Assembly: GCA_964016885.1 (NCBI GenBank)
Contig: OZ024742.1
Coordinates: forward strand, 6,572,001 to 6,636,000
From: Eledone cirrhosa
Taxonomy: Eukaryota
Length of the DNA stretch: 64,000 nt
Direction of reading: 5' to 3'
Shown piece by piece: positions 1-15,000 of the stretch. The translations under genes were made by a program, and so were the position numbers. The first letter of the stretch is position 1. Every line of letters begins with the position of its first letter. The notes below the pieces were generated by a model. It searched no databases, was not told where the DNA came from, and worked only from the letters and a program-made list of their open reading frames with translations.

Positions 1-3000
1 TAACCAGAGCAGTTTAGTGATATATAACATAGTTTGTTAGACTAGTAGTTAGAGGGTTAACCAGAGCAGTTTAGTGATCTATAACATAGTCCCTTACCCT
101 AGTATTTCGAGGGTTAACCAGAGCAGTTTAGTGATATATAACATAGTTTGTTAGACTAGTAGTTAGAGGGTTAACCAGAGCAGTTTAGTGATCTATAACA
201 TAGTTTCTTACCCTAGTAGTTAGAGGGTTAACCAGAGCAGTTTAGTGATCTATAACATAGTTTGTTAGACTAGTAGCTAGAGGGTTAAGCAGAGCAGTTT
301 AGTGATCTATAACATAGTCTCTTACCCTAGTAGTTAGAGGGTTAACCAGAGCAGTTTAGTGATCTATAACATAGTTTGTTAGACTAGTAGCTAGAGGGTT
401 AACCAGAGCAGTTTAGTGATCTATAACATAGTCTCTTACCCTAGTAGATAGAGGGTTAACCAGAGCAGTTTAGTGATATATAACATAGTCCCTTACCCTA
501 GTAGTTAGAGGGTTAACCAGAGCAGTTTAGTGATCTATAACATGGTTTCTTACCCTAGTATTTCGAGGGTTAACCAGAGCAGTTTAGTGATCTATAACAT
601 AGTTTCTTACCCTAGTAGTTAGAGGCTTAACTAGAGCAGTTTAGTGATATATAACATAGTACCTTACCCTAGTAGTTAGAGGGTTAACCAGAGCAGTTTA
701 GTGATATATAGCATAGTTTGTTAGACTAGTAGTTAGAGGGTTAACCAGAGCAGTTTAGTGATCTATAACATAGTCCCTTACCCTAGTATTTCGAGTGTTA
801 ACCAGAGCAGTTTAGTGATCTATAACATAGTTTGTTAGACTAGTAGTTAGAGGGTTAACCAGAGCAGTTTAGTGATCTATAACATAGTTTGTTAGACTAG
901 TAGTTAGAGGGTTAACCAGAGCAGTTTAGTGATCTATAACATAGTTTCTTAGCCTAGTAGTTAGAGGGTTAAGCAGAGCAGTTTAGTGATCTATAAAATA
1001 GTCTCTCACCCTAGTAGTTAGAGGGTTAACCAGAGCAGTTTAGTGATCTATAACATAGTCCGTTACCCTAGTAGTTAGAGTGTTAACCAGAGCAGTTTAG
1101 TGATCTATAACATAGTTTCTTACCCTAGTAGTTAGAGGGTTAACCAGAGCAGTTTAGTGATTTATAACATAGTTTGTTAGACTAGTAGCTAGAGGGTTAA
1201 GCAGAGCAGTTTAGTGATCTATAACATAGTATCTTACCCTAGTAGTTAGAGGGTTAACCAGAGCAGTTTAGTGATCTATGACATGGTTTCTTACCCTAGT
1301 ATTTCGAGGGTTAACCAGAGCAGTTTAGTGATCTATAACATAGTCTGTTAGACTAGTAGCTAGAGGGTTAACCAGAGCAGTTTAGTGATCTATAACATAG
1401 TCCCTTACCCTAGTAGTTAGAGGGTTAACCAGAGCAGTTTAGTGATATATAACATAGTTTGTTACCCTAGTAGTTAGAGGGTTAACCAGAGCAGTTTAGT
1501 GATTTATAACATAGTCCCTTACGCTAGTAGTTAGAGGGTTAACCAGAGCAGTTTAGTGATCTATAACATAGTTTCTTACCCTAGTAGTTAGAGTGTTAAC
1601 CAGAGCAGTTTAGTGATATATAACATAGTTTGTTAGACTAGTAGTTAGAGGGTTAACCAGAGCAGTTTAGTGATCTATAACATAGTCCCTTACCCTAGTA
1701 TTTCGAGGGTTAACCAGAGCAGTTTAGTGATATATAACATAGTTTGTTAGACTAGTAGTTAGAGGGTTAACCAGAGCAGTTTAGTGATCTATAACATAGT
1801 TTCTTACCCTAGTAGTTAGAGGGTTAACCAGAGCAGTTTAGTGATCTATAACATAGTTTCTTACCTTAGTAGTTAGAGGGTTAACCAGAGCAGTTTAGTG
1901 ATCTATAACATAGTCCGTTACCCTAGTAGTTAGAGTGTTAACCAGAGCAGTTTAGTGATCTATAACATAGTTTCTTACCCTAGTAGTTAGAGGGTTAACC
2001 AGAGCAGTTTAGTGATATATAACATAGTCTCTTACCCTAGTAGATAGAGGGTTAACCAGAGCAGTTTAGTGATATATAACATAGTCCCTTACCCTAGTAG
2101 TTAGAGGGTTAACCAGAGCAGTTTAGTGATCTATAACATAGTTTCTTACCCTAGTAGTTAGAGGGTTAACCAGAGCAGTTTAGTGATATATAACATAGTT
2201 TGTTACCCTAGTAGTTAGAGGGTTAACCAGAGCAGTTTAGTGATTTATAACATAGTCCCTTACGCTAGTAGTTAGAGGGTTAACCAGAGCAGTTTAGTGA
2301 TCTATAACATAGTTTCTTACCCTAGTAGTTAGAGGGTTAACCAGAGCAGTTTAGTGATATATAACATAGTTTGTTAGACTAGTAGTTAGAGGGTTAACCA
2401 GAGCAGTTTAGTGATCTATAACATAGTTTCTTACCCTAGTAGTTAGAGGGTTAACCAGAGCAGTTTAGTGATCTATAACATAGTCTCTTACCCTAGTAGT
2501 TAGAGGGTTAACCAGAGCAGTTTAGTGATCTATAACATGGTTTCTTACCCTAGTATTTCGAGGGTTAACCAGAGCAGTTTAGTGATCTATAACATAGTTT
2601 GTTAGACTAGTAGCTAGAGGGTTAACCAGAGCAGTTTAGTGATCTATAACATAGTCTCTTACCCTAGTAGATAGAGGGTTAACCAGAGCAGTTTAGTGAT
2701 TTATAACATAGTCCCTTACCCTAGTAGTTAGAGGGTTAACCAGAGCAGTTCAGTGATCTATAACATGGTTTCTTACCCTAGTATTTCGAGGGTTAACCAG
2801 AGCAGTTTAGTGATCTATAACATAGTTTCTTACCCTAGTAGTTAGAGGCTTAACTAGAGCAGTTTAGTGATATATAACATAGTACCTTACCCTAGTAGTT
2901 AGAGGGTTAACCAGAGCAGTTTAGTGATATATAACATAGTTTGTTAGACTAGTAGTTAGAGGGTTAACCAGAGCAGTTTAGTGATCTATAACATAGTCCC

Positions 3001-6000
3001 TTACCCTAGTATTTCGAGTGTTAACCAGAGCAGTTTAGTGATCTATAACATAGTTTGTTAGACTAGTAGTTAGAGGGTTAACCAGAGCAGTTTAGTGATC
3101 TATAACATAGTTTGTTAGACTAGTAGTTAGAGGGTTAACCAGAGCAGTTTAGTGATCTATAACATAGTTTCTTAGCCTAGTAGTTAGAGGGTTAAGCAGA
3201 GCAGTTTAGTGATCTATAAAATAGTCTCTCACCCTAGTAGTTAGAGGGTTAACCAGAGCAGTTTAGTGATCTATAACATGGTTTCTTACCCTAGTATTTC
3301 GAGGGTTAACCAGAGCAGTTTAGTGATCTATAACATAGTTTCTTACCTTAGTAGTTAGAGGGTTAACCAGAGCAGTTTAGTGATCTATAACATAGTCCGT
3401 TACCCTAGTAGTTAGAGTGTTAACCAGAGCAGTTTAGTGATCTATAACATAGTTTCTTACCCTAGTAGTTAGAGGGTTAACCAGAGCAGTTTAGTGATAT
3501 ATAACATAGTCTCTTACCCTAGTAGATAGAGGGTTAACCAGAGCAGTTTAGTGATATATAACATAGTCCCTTACCCTAGTAGTTAGAGGGTTAACCAGAG
3601 CAGTTTAGTGATCTATATCATAGTTTCTTACCCTAGTAGTTAGAGGGTTAACCAGAGCAGTTTAGTGATATATAACATAGATTGTTACCCTTGTAGTTAG
3701 AGGGTTAACCAGAGCAGTTTAGTGATTTATAACATAGTCCCTTACGCTAGTAGTTAGAGGGTTAACCAGAGCAGTTTAGTGATCTATAACATAGTTTCTT
3801 ACCCTTGTAGTTAGAGGGTTAACCAGAGCAGTTTAGTGATATATAACATAGTTTGTTAGACTAGTAGTTAGAGGGTTAACCAGAGCAGTTTAGTGATCTA
3901 TAACATAGTCCCTTACCCTAGTATTTCGAGGGTTAACCAGAGCAGTTTAGTGATATATAACATAGTTTGTTAGACTAGTAGTTAGAGGGTTAACCAGAGC
4001 AGTTTAGTGATCTATAACATAGTTTCTTACCCTAGTAGTTAGAGGGTTAACCAGAGCAATTTAGTGATCTATAACATAGTTTGTTAGACTAGTAGCTAGA
4101 GGGTTAAGCAGAGCAGTTTAGTGATCTATAACATAGTCTCTTACCCTAGTAGTTAGAGGGTTAACCAGAGCAGTTTAGTGATCTATAACATGGTTTCCTA
4201 CCCTAGTATTTCGAGGGTTAACCAGAGCAGTTTAGTGATCTATAACATAGTTTCTTACCCTAGTAGTTAGAGGGTTAACCAGAGCAGTTTAGTGATATAT
4301 AACATAGTCCCTTACCCTAGTAGTTAGAGGGTTAACCAGAGCAGTTTAGTGATCTATAACATAGTTTGTTAGACTAGTAGCTAGAGGGTTAACCAGAGCA
4401 GTTTTGTGATCTATAACATAGTTTCTTAGCCTAGTAGTTAGAGGGTTAACCAGAGCAGTTTAGTGATCTATAACATAGTTTCTTACCCTAGTATTTCGAG
4501 GGTTAACCAGAGCAGTTTAGTGATCTATAACATAGTTTCTTACCCTAGTAGTTAGAGGGTTAACCAGAGCAGTTTAGTGATCTATAACATAGTTTCTTAC
4601 CCTAGTAGTTAGAGGGTTAACCAGAGCAGTTTAGTGATATATAACATAGTTTCTTACCCTAGTAGTTAGAGGGTTAACCAGAGCAGTTTAGTGATCTATA
4701 ACATAGTTTGTTAGACTAGTAGCTAGAGGGTTAAGCAGAGCAGTTTAGTGATCTATAACATAGTCTCTTACCCTAGTAGTTAGAGGGTTAACCAGAGCAG
4801 TTTAGTGATCTATAACATGGTTTCTTACCCTAGTATTTCGAGGGTTAACCAGAGCAGTTTAGTGATCTATAACATAGTTTGTTAGACTAGTAGCTAGAGG
4901 GTTAACCAGAGCAGTTTAGTGATCTATAACATAGTCTCTTACCCTAGTAGATAGAGGGTTAACCAGAGCAGTTTAGTGATATATAACATGGTTTCTTACC
5001 CTAGTATTTCGAGGGTTAACCAGAGCAGTTTAGTGATCTATAACATAGTTTCTTACCCTAGTAGTTAGAGGCTTAACCAGAGCAGTTTAGTGATATATAA
5101 CATAGTTTGTTAGACTAGTATTTAGAGGGTTAACCAGAGCAGTTTAGTGATCTATAACATAGTCCCTTACCCTACTATTTCGAGGGTTAACCAGAGCAGT
5201 TTAGTGATCTATAACATAGTTTGTTAGACTAGTAGTTAGAGGGTTAACCAGAGCAGTTTAGTGATCTATAACATAGTTTGTTAGACTAGTAGTTAGAGGG
5301 TTAACCAGAGCAGTTTAGTGATCTATAACATAGTTTCTTAGCCTAGTAGTTAGAGGGTTAAGCAGAGCAGTTTAGTGATCTATAAAATAGTCTCTCACCC
5401 TAGTATTTAGAGGGTTAACCAGAGCAGTTTAGTGATCTATAACATAGTCCGTTACCCTAGTAGTTAGAGTGTTAACCAGAGCAGTTTAGTGATCTATAAC
5501 ATAGTTTCTTACCCTAGTAGTTAGAGGGTTAACCAGAGCAGTTTAGTGATATATAACATAGTCCCTTACCCTAGTAGTTAGAGGGTTAACCAGAGCAGTT
5601 TAGTGATCTATAACATAGTTTGTTAGACTAGTAGCTAGAGGGTTAACCAGAGCAGTTTAGTGATCTATAACATAGTTTCTTACCCTAGAAGTTAATGGGT
5701 TAACCAGAGCAGTTTAGTGATATATAACATAGTCCCTTACCCTAGTAGTTAGAGGGTTAACCAGAGCAGTTTAGTGATCAATAACATAGATTCTTAGCCT
5801 AGTAGTTAGAGGGTTAACCAGAGCAGTTTAGTGATATATAACATAGTTTGTTAGACTAGTAGTTAGAGGGTTAACCAGAGCAGTTTAGTGATCTATAACA
5901 TAGTTTCTTACCCTAGTAGTTAGAGGGTTAACCAGAGCAGTTTAGTGATCTATAACATAGTTTGTTAGACTAGTAGCTAGAGGGTTAAGCAGAGCAGTTT

Positions 6001-9000
6001 AGTGATCTATAACATAGTCTCTTACCCTAGTAGTTAGAGGGTTAACCAGAGCAGTTTAGTGATCTATAACATGGTTTCCTACCCTAGTATTTCGAGGGTT
6101 AACCAGAGCAGTTTAGTGATCTATAACATAGTTTCTTACCCTAGTAGTTAGAGGGTTAATCAGAGCAGTTTAGTGATATATAACATAGTCCCTTACCCTA
6201 GTAGTTAGAGGGTTAACCAGAGCAGTTTAGTGATCTATAACATAGTTTGTTAGACTAGTAGCTAGAGGGTTAACCAGAGCAGTTTAGTGATCTATAACAT
6301 AGTTTCTTAGCCTAGTAGTTAGAGGGTTAACCAGAGCAGTTTAGTGATCTATAACATAGTTTCTTACCCTAGTATTTCGAGGGTTAACCAGAGCAGTTTA
6401 GTGATCTATAACATAGTTTCTTACCCTAGTAGTTAGAGGGTTAACCAGAGCAGTTTAGTGATCTATAACATAGTTTCTTACCCTAGTAGTTAGAGGGTTA
6501 ACCAGAGCAGTTTAGTGATATATAACATAGTTTCTTACCCTAGTAGTTAGAGGGTTAACCAGAGCAGTTTAGTGATCTATAACATAGTTTGTTAGACTAG
6601 TAGCTAGAGGGTTAACCAGAGCAGTTTAGTGATCTATAACATAGTTTCTTAGCCTAGTAGTTAGAGGGTTAACCAGAGCAGTTTAGTGATCTATAACATA
6701 GTTTCTTACCCTAGTATTTCGAGGGTTAACCAGAGCAGTTTAGTGATCTATAACATAGTTTCTTACCCTAGTAGTTAGAGGGTTAACCAGAGCAGTTTAG
6801 TGATCTATAACATAGTTTCTTACCCTAGTAGTTAGAGGGTTAACCAGAGCAGTTTAGTGATATATAACATAGTTTCTTACCCTAGTAGTTAGAGGGTTAA
6901 CCAGAGCAGTTTAGTGATCTATAACATAGTTTGTTAGACTAGTAGCTAGAGGGTTAAGCAGAGCAGTTTAGTGATCTATAACATAGTCTCTTACCCTAGT
7001 AGTTAGAGGGTTAACCAGAGCAGTTTAGTGATCTATAACATGGTTTCTTACCCTAGTATTTCGAGGGTTAACCAGAGCAGTTTAGTGATCTATAACATAG
7101 TTTGTTAGACTAGTAGCTAGAGGGTTAACCAGAGCAGTTTAGTGATCTATAACATAGTCTCTTACCCTAGTAGATAGAGGGTTAACCAGAGCAGTTTAGT
7201 GATATATAACATGGTTTCTTACCCTAGTATTTCGAGGGTTAACCAGAGCAGTTTAGTGATCTATAACATAGTTTCTTACCCTAGTAGTTAGAGGCTTAAC
7301 CAGAGCAGTTTAGTGATATATAACATAGTTTGTTAGACTAGTAGTTAGAGGGTTAACCAGAGCAGTTTAGTGATCTATAACATAGTCCCTTACCCTACTA
7401 TTTCGAGGGTTAACCAGAGCAGTTTAGTGATCTATAACATAGTTTGTTAGACTAGTAGTTAGAGGGTTAACCAGAGCAGTTTAGTGATCTATAACATAGT
7501 TTGTTAGACTAGTAGTTAGAGGGTTAACCAGAGCAGTTTAGTGATCTATAACATAGTTTCTTAGCCTAGTAGTTAGAGGGTTAAGCAGAGCAGTTTAGTG
7601 ATCTATAAAATAGTCTCTCACCCTAGTATTTAGAGGGTTAACCAGAGCAGTTTAGTGATCTATAACATGGTTTCTTACCCTAGTATTTCGAGGGTTAACC
7701 AGAGCAGTTTAGTGATCTATAACATAGTTTCTTACCTTAGTAGTTAGAGGGTTAACCAGAGCAGTTTAGTGATCTATAACATAGTCCGTTACCCTAGTAG
7801 TTAGAGTGTTAACCAGAGCAGTTTAGTGATCTATAACATAGTTTCTTACCCTAGTAGTTAGAGGGTTAACCAGAGCAGTTTAGTGATATATAACATAGTC
7901 CCTTACCCTAGTAGTTAGAGGGTTAACCAGAGCAGTTTAGTGATCTATAACATAGTTTGTTAGACTAGTAGCTAGAGGGTTAACCAGAGCAGTTTAGTGA
8001 TCTATAACATAGTTTCTTACCCTAGAAGTTAATGGGTTAACCAGAGCAGTTTAGTGATATATAACATAGTCCCTTACCCTAGTAGTTAGAGGGTTAACCA
8101 GAGCAGTTTAGTGATCAATAACATAGATTCTTAGCCTAGTAGTTAGAGGGTTAACCAGAGCAGTTTAGTGATATATAACATAGTTTGTTAGACTAGTAGT
8201 TAGAGGGTTAACCAGAGCAGTTTAGTGATCTATAACATAGTTTCTTACCCTAGTAGTTAGAGGGTTAACCAGAGCAGTTTAGTGATCTATAACATAGTTT
8301 GTTAGACTAGTAGCTAGAGGGTTAAGCAGAGCAGTTTAGTGATCTATAACATAGTCTCTTACCCTAGTAGTTAGAGGGTTAACCAGAGCAGTTTAGTGAT
8401 CTATAACATGGTTTCCTACCCTAGTATTTCGAGGGTTAACCAGAGCAGTTTAGTGATCTATAACATAGTTTCTTACCCTAGTAGTTAGAGGGTTAATCAG
8501 AGCAGTTTAGTGATATATAACATAGTCCCTTACCCTAGTAGTTAGAGGGTTAACCAGAGCAGTTTAGTGATCTATAACATAGTTTGTTAGACTAGTAGCT
8601 AGAGGGTTAACCAGAGCAGTTTAGTGATCTATAACATAGTTTCTTAGCCTAGTAGTTAGAGGGTTAACCAGAGCAGTTTAGTGATCTATAACATAGTTTC
8701 TTACCCTAGTATTTCGAGGGTTAACCAGAGCAGTTTAGTGATCTATAACATAGTTTCTTACCCTAGTAGTTAGAGGGTTAACCAGAGCAGTTTAGTGATC
8801 TATAACATAGTTTCTTACCCTAGTAGTTAGAGGGTTAACCAGAGCAGTTTAGTGATATATAACATAGTTTCTTACCCTAGTAGTTAGAGGGTTAACCAGA
8901 GCAGTTTAGTGATCTATAACATAGTTTGTTAGACTAGTAGCTAGAGGGTTAAGCAGAGCAGTTTAGTGATCTATAACATAGTCTCTTACCCTAGTAGTTA

Positions 9001-12000
9001 GAGGGTTAACCAGAGCAGTTTAGTGATCTATAACATAGTTTGTTAGACTAGTAGTTAGAGGGTTAACCAGAGCAGTTTAGTGATCTATAACATAGTTTCT
9101 TAGCCTAGTAGTTAGAGGGTTAAGCAGAGCAGTTTAGTGATCTATAAAATAGTCTCTCACCCTAGTAGTTAGAGGGTTAACCAGAGCAGTTTAGTGATCT
9201 ATAACATGGTTTCTTACCCTAGTATTTCGAGGGTTAACCAGAGCAGTTTAGTGATCTATAACATAGTTTCTTACCTTAGTAGTTAGAGGGTTAACCAGAG
9301 CAGTTTACTGATCTATAACATAGTCCGTTACCCTAGTAGTTAGAGTGTTAACCAGAGCAGTTTAGTGATCTATAACATAGTTTCTTGCCCTAGTAGTTAG
9401 AGGGTTAACCAGAGCAGTTTAGTGATATATAACATAGTCCCTTACCCTAGTAGTTAGAGGGTTAACCAGAGCAGTTTAGTGATCTATAACATAGTTTGTT
9501 AGACTAGTAGCTAGAGGGTTAACCAGAGCAGTTTAGTGATCTATAACATAGTTTCTTACCCTAGTAGTTAATGCGTTAACCAGAGCAGTTTAGTGATATA
9601 TAACATAGTCCCTTACCCTAGTAGTTAGAGGGTTAACCAGAGCAGTTTAGTGATCAATAACATAGATTCTTAGCCTAGTAGTTAGAGGGTTAACCAGAGC
9701 AGTTTAGTGATATATAACATAGTTTGTTAGACTAGTAGTTAGAGGGTTAACCAGAGCAGTTTAGTGATCTATAACATAGTTTCTTACCCTAGTAGTTAGA
9801 GGGTTAACCAGAGCAGTTTAGTGATCTATAACATAGTTTGTTAGACTAGTAGCTAGAGGGTTAAGCAGAGCAGTTTAGTGATCTATAACATAGTCTCTTA
9901 CCCTAGTAGTTAGAGGGTTAACCAGAGCAGTTTAGTGATCTATAACATGGTTTCCTACACTAGTATTTCGAGGGTTAACCAGAGCAGTTTAGTGATCTAT
10001 AACATAGTTTCTTACCCTAGTAGTTAGAGGGTTAATCAGAGCAGTTTAGTGATATATAACATAGTCCCTTACCCTAGTAGTTAGAGGGTTAACCAGAGCA
10101 GTTTAGTGATCTATAACATAGTTTGTTAGACTAGTAGCTAGAGGGTTAACCAGAGCAGTTTAGTGATCTATAACATAGTTTCTTACCCTAGTATTTCGAG
10201 GGTTAACCAGAGCAGTTTAGTGATCTATAACATAGTTTCTTACCCTAGTAGTTAGAGGGTTAACCAGAGCAGTTTAGTGATCTATAACATAGTTTCTTAC
10301 CCTAGTAGTTAGAGGGTTAACCAGAGCAGTTTAGTGATATATAACATAGTTTCTTACCCTAGTAGTTAGAGGGTTAACCAGAGCAGTTTAGTGATCTATA
10401 ACATAGTTTGTTAGACTAGTAGTTAGAGGGTTAAGCAGAGCACTTTAGTGATCTATAACATAGTCTCTTACCCTAGTAGTTAGAGGGTTAACCAGAGCAG
10501 TTTAGTGATCTATAACATGGTTTCTTACCCTAGTATTTCGAGGGTTAACCAGAGCAGTTTAGTGATCTATAACATAGTTTGTTAGACTAGTAGCTAGAGG
10601 GTTAACCAGAGCAGTTTACTGATCTATAACATAGTCTCTTACCCTAGTAGATAGAGGGTTAACCAGAGCAGTTTAGTGATATATAACATGGTTTCTTACC
10701 CTAGTATTTCGAGGGTTAACCAGAGCAGTTTAGTGATCTATAACATAGTTTCTTACCCTAGTAGTTAGAGGCTTAACCAGAGCGGTTTAGTGATATATAA
10801 CATAGTCCCTTACCCTAGTAGTTAGAGGGTTAACCAGAGCAGTTTAGTGATCAATAACATAGATTCTTAGCCTAGTAGTTAGAGGGTTAACCAGAGCAGT
10901 TTAGTGATATATAACATAGTTTGTTAGACTAGTAGTTAGAGGGTTAACCAGAGCAGTTTAGTGATCTATAACATAGTTTCTTACCCTAGTAGTTAGAGGG
11001 TTAACCAGAGCAGTTTAGTGATCTATAACATAGTTTGTTAGACTAGTAGCTAGAGGGTTAAGCAGAGCAGTTTAGTGATCTATAACATAGTCTCTTACCC
11101 TAGTAGTTAGAGGGTTAACCAGAGCAGTTTAGTGATCTATAACATGGTTTCCTACCCTAGTATTTCGAGGGTTAACCAGAGCAGTTTAGTGATCTATAAC
11201 ATAGTTTCTTACCCTAGTAGTTAGAGGGTTAATCAGAGCAGTTTAGTGATATATAACATAGTCCCTTACCCTAGTAGTTAGAGGGTTAACCAGAGCAGTT
11301 TAGTGATCTATAACATAGTTTGTTAGACTAGTAGCTAGAGGGTTAACCAGAGCAGTTTAGTGATCTATAACATAGTTTCTTACCCTAGTATTTCGAGGGT
11401 TAACCAGAGCAGTTTAGTGATCTATAACATAGTTTCTTACCCTAGTAGTTAGAGGGTTAACCAGAGCAGTTTAGTGATCTATAACATAGTTTCTTACCCT
11501 AGTAGTTAGAGGGTTAACCAGAGCAGTTTAGTGATATATAACATAGTTTCTTACCCTAGTAGTTAGAGGGTTAACCAGAGCAGTTTAGTGATCTATAACA
11601 TAGTTTGTTAGACTAGTAGCTAGAGGGTTAAGCAGAGCACTTTAGTGATCTATAACATAGTCTCTTACCCTAGTAGTTAGAGGGTTAACCAGAGCAGTTT
11701 AGTGATCTATAACATGGATTCTTACCCTAGTATTTCGAGGGTTAACCAGAGCAGTTTAGTGATCTATAACATAGTTTGTTAGACTAGTAGCTAGAGGGTT
11801 AACCAGAGCAGTTTAGTGATCTATAACATAGTCTCTTACCCTAGTAGATAGAGGGTTAACCAGAGCAGTTTAGTGATATATAACATGGTTTCTTACCCTA
11901 GTATTTAGAGGGTTAACCAGAGCAGTTTAGTGATCTATAACATAGTTTCTTACCCTAGTAGTTAGAGGCTTAACCAGAGCGGTTTAGTGATATATAACAT

Positions 12001-15000
12001 AGTTTGTTAGACTAGTAGTTAGAGGGTTAACCAGAGCAGTTTAGTGATCTATAACATAGTCCCTTACCCTAGTATTTCGAGGGTTAACCAGAGCAGTTTA
12101 GTGATCTATAACATAGTTTGTTAGACTAGTAGTTAGAGGGTTAACCAGAGCAGTTTAGTGATCTATAACATAGTTTGTTAGACTAGTAGTTAGAGGGTTA
12201 ACCAGAGCAGTTTAGTGATCTATAACATAGTTTCTTAGCCTAGTAGTTAGAGGGTTAAGCAGAGCAGTTTAGTGATCTATAAAATAGTCTCTCACCCTAG
12301 TAGTTAGAGGGTTAACCAGAGCAGTTTAGTGATCTATAACATGGTTTCTTACCCTAGTATTTCGAGGGTTAACCAGAGCAGTTTAGTGATCTATAACATA
12401 GTTTCTTACCTTAGTAGTTAGAGGGTTAACCAGAGCAGTTTAGTGATCTATAACATAGTCCGTTACCCTAGTAGTTAGAGTGTTAACCAGAGCAGTTTAG
12501 TGATCTATAACATAGTTTCTTACCCTAGTAGTTAGAGGGTTAACCAGAGGAGTTTAGTGATATATAACATAGTCCCTTACCCTAGTAGTTAGAGGGTTAA
12601 CCAGAGCAGTTTAGTGATCTATAACATAGTTTGTTAGACTAGGAGCTAGAGGGTTAACCAGAGCAGTTTAGTGATCTATAACATAGTTTCTTACCCTAGT
12701 AGTTAATGGGTTAACCAGAGCAGTTTAGTGCTATATAACATAGTCCCTTACCCTAGTAGTTAGAGGGTTAACCAGAGCAGTTTAGTGATCAATAACATAG
12801 ATTCTTAGCCTAGTAGTTAGAGGGTTAACCAGAGCAGTTTAGTGATCTATAACATAGTTTGTTAGACTAGTAGCTAGAGGGTTAACCAGAGCAGTTTAGT
12901 GATCTATAACATAGTTTCTTACCCTAGTAGTTAATGGGTTAACCAGAGCAGTTTAGTGATCTATAACTTAGTTTTTACCCTAGTAGCTAGAGGGTTAACC
13001 AGAGCAGTTTAGTGATCTATAACATAGTTTCTTACCCTAGTAGTTAGCGGGTTAACCAGAGCAGTTTAGTGATCTATAACATGGTTTCGTACCCTAGTAT
13101 TTCGAGGGTTAACCAGAGCAGTTTAGTGATCTATAACATAGTTTGTTAGACTAGTAGCTAGAGGGTTAAATAGAGCAGTTTAGTGATGTATAACTTGGTT
13201 TCTTTGCCTAGTAGTTAGAGGGTTAACCAGAGCAGTTTATTGATCTATAACATAGTTTCTTACCCAAGTAGTTAGAGGGTTAACCAGAGCAGTTTAGTGA
13301 TCTATAACATAGTTCCTTAACCTAGTAGTTAGAGGGTTAACCAGAGCAGTTTAGTGATGTATAACATAGTTCCTTACCCTAGTAATTAGAGGCTTAACCA
13401 GAGCAGTTTAGTGATCTATAACATGGTTTCTTACCCTAGTAGGTAGAGGGTTAACCAGAACTGTTTAGTGATCTATAACATAGTTCCTTACCCTAGTAGT
13501 TAGAGGGTTACCCCGTGCAGTTTAGTGATATATAACATAGTTCCTTACCCTAGTAGTTAGAGGGGTAAGCAGAGCAGTTTAGTGATCTATAACATATTTT
13601 CATACCCTAGTAGTTAGAGGGTTAAGCAGAGCAGTTTAGTGATATATAACATAGTTCCTTACCCTAGTAGTTAGAGGGTTAAGCAGAGCAGTTTAGTGAT
13701 ATATAACATAGTTCCTTACCCTAGTAGTTAGAGGGTTAAACAGTACAGTTTAGTGATCTATAACATAGTTTCTTAGACTAGTAGTTAGAGGGTTAACCAG
13801 AGCAGTTTAGTCATATATAACATAGTTCCTTACCCTAGTAGTTAGAGGGTTAACCAGAGGAGTTTAGTGATATATAAGATAGTTCCTTACCCTAGTAGTT
13901 AGAGGGTTAACCAGAGCAGTTTAGTGATATATAACATAGTCCCTTACACTATTAGTTAGAGGGTTAACCAGAGCAGTTTAGTGATCTATAACATAGTTCC
14001 TTACCCTAGTAGTTAGAGTGTTAACCAGAGCAGTTTAGTGATCAATGACACAGTTCCTTACCCTAGTAGTTAGAGGGTTAACCAGAGCAGTTTAGTGATG
14101 TATAACATAGTTCCTTACCCTAGTAATTAGAGGGTTAACCAGAGCAGTTTAGTGATCTATAACATGGTTTCTTACCCTAGTAGGTAGAGGGTTAACCAGA
14201 ACTGTTTAGTGATCTATAACATAGTTCCTTACCCTAGTAGTTAGAGGGTTACCCCGTGCAGTTTAGTGATATATAACATAGTTCCTTACCCTAGTAGTTA
14301 GAGGGTTAAGCAGAGCAGTTTAGTGATCTATAACATAGTTTCATACCCTAGTAGTTAGAGGGTTAAGCAGAGCAGTTTAGTGATATATAACATAGTTCCT
14401 TACCCTAGTAGTTAGAGGGTAAAGCAGAGCAGTTTAGTGATATATAACATAGTTCCTTACCCTAGTAGTTAGAGGGTTAAACGGTACAGTTTAGTGATCT
14501 ATAACATAGTTTCTTAGACTAGTAGTTAGAGGGTTAACCAGAGCAGTTTAGTCATATATAACATAGTTCCTTACCCTAGTAGTTAGAGGGTTAACCAGAG
14601 GAGTTTAGTGATATATAAGATAGTTCCTTACCCTAGTAGTTAGAGGGTTAACCAGAACAGTTTAGTGATATATAACATAGTCCCTTACCCTAGTAGTTAG
14701 AGGGTTAACCAGAGCAGTTTAGTGATCTATAACATAGTGCCTTACCCTAGTAGTTAGAGGGTTAACCAGAGCAGTTTAGTGATCAATGACACAGTTCCTT
14801 ACCCTAGTAGTTAGAGGTTTAACCAGAGCAGTTTAGTGATCTATAACATAGTTTGTTAGACTAGTAGCTAGAGGGTTAACCAGAGCAGTTTAGTGATCTA
14901 TAACATAGTCTCTTACCCTAGTAGATAGAGGGTTAACCAGAGCAGTTTAGTGATCTATAACATGGTTTCTTACCCTAGTATTTCGAGGGTTAACCAGAGC

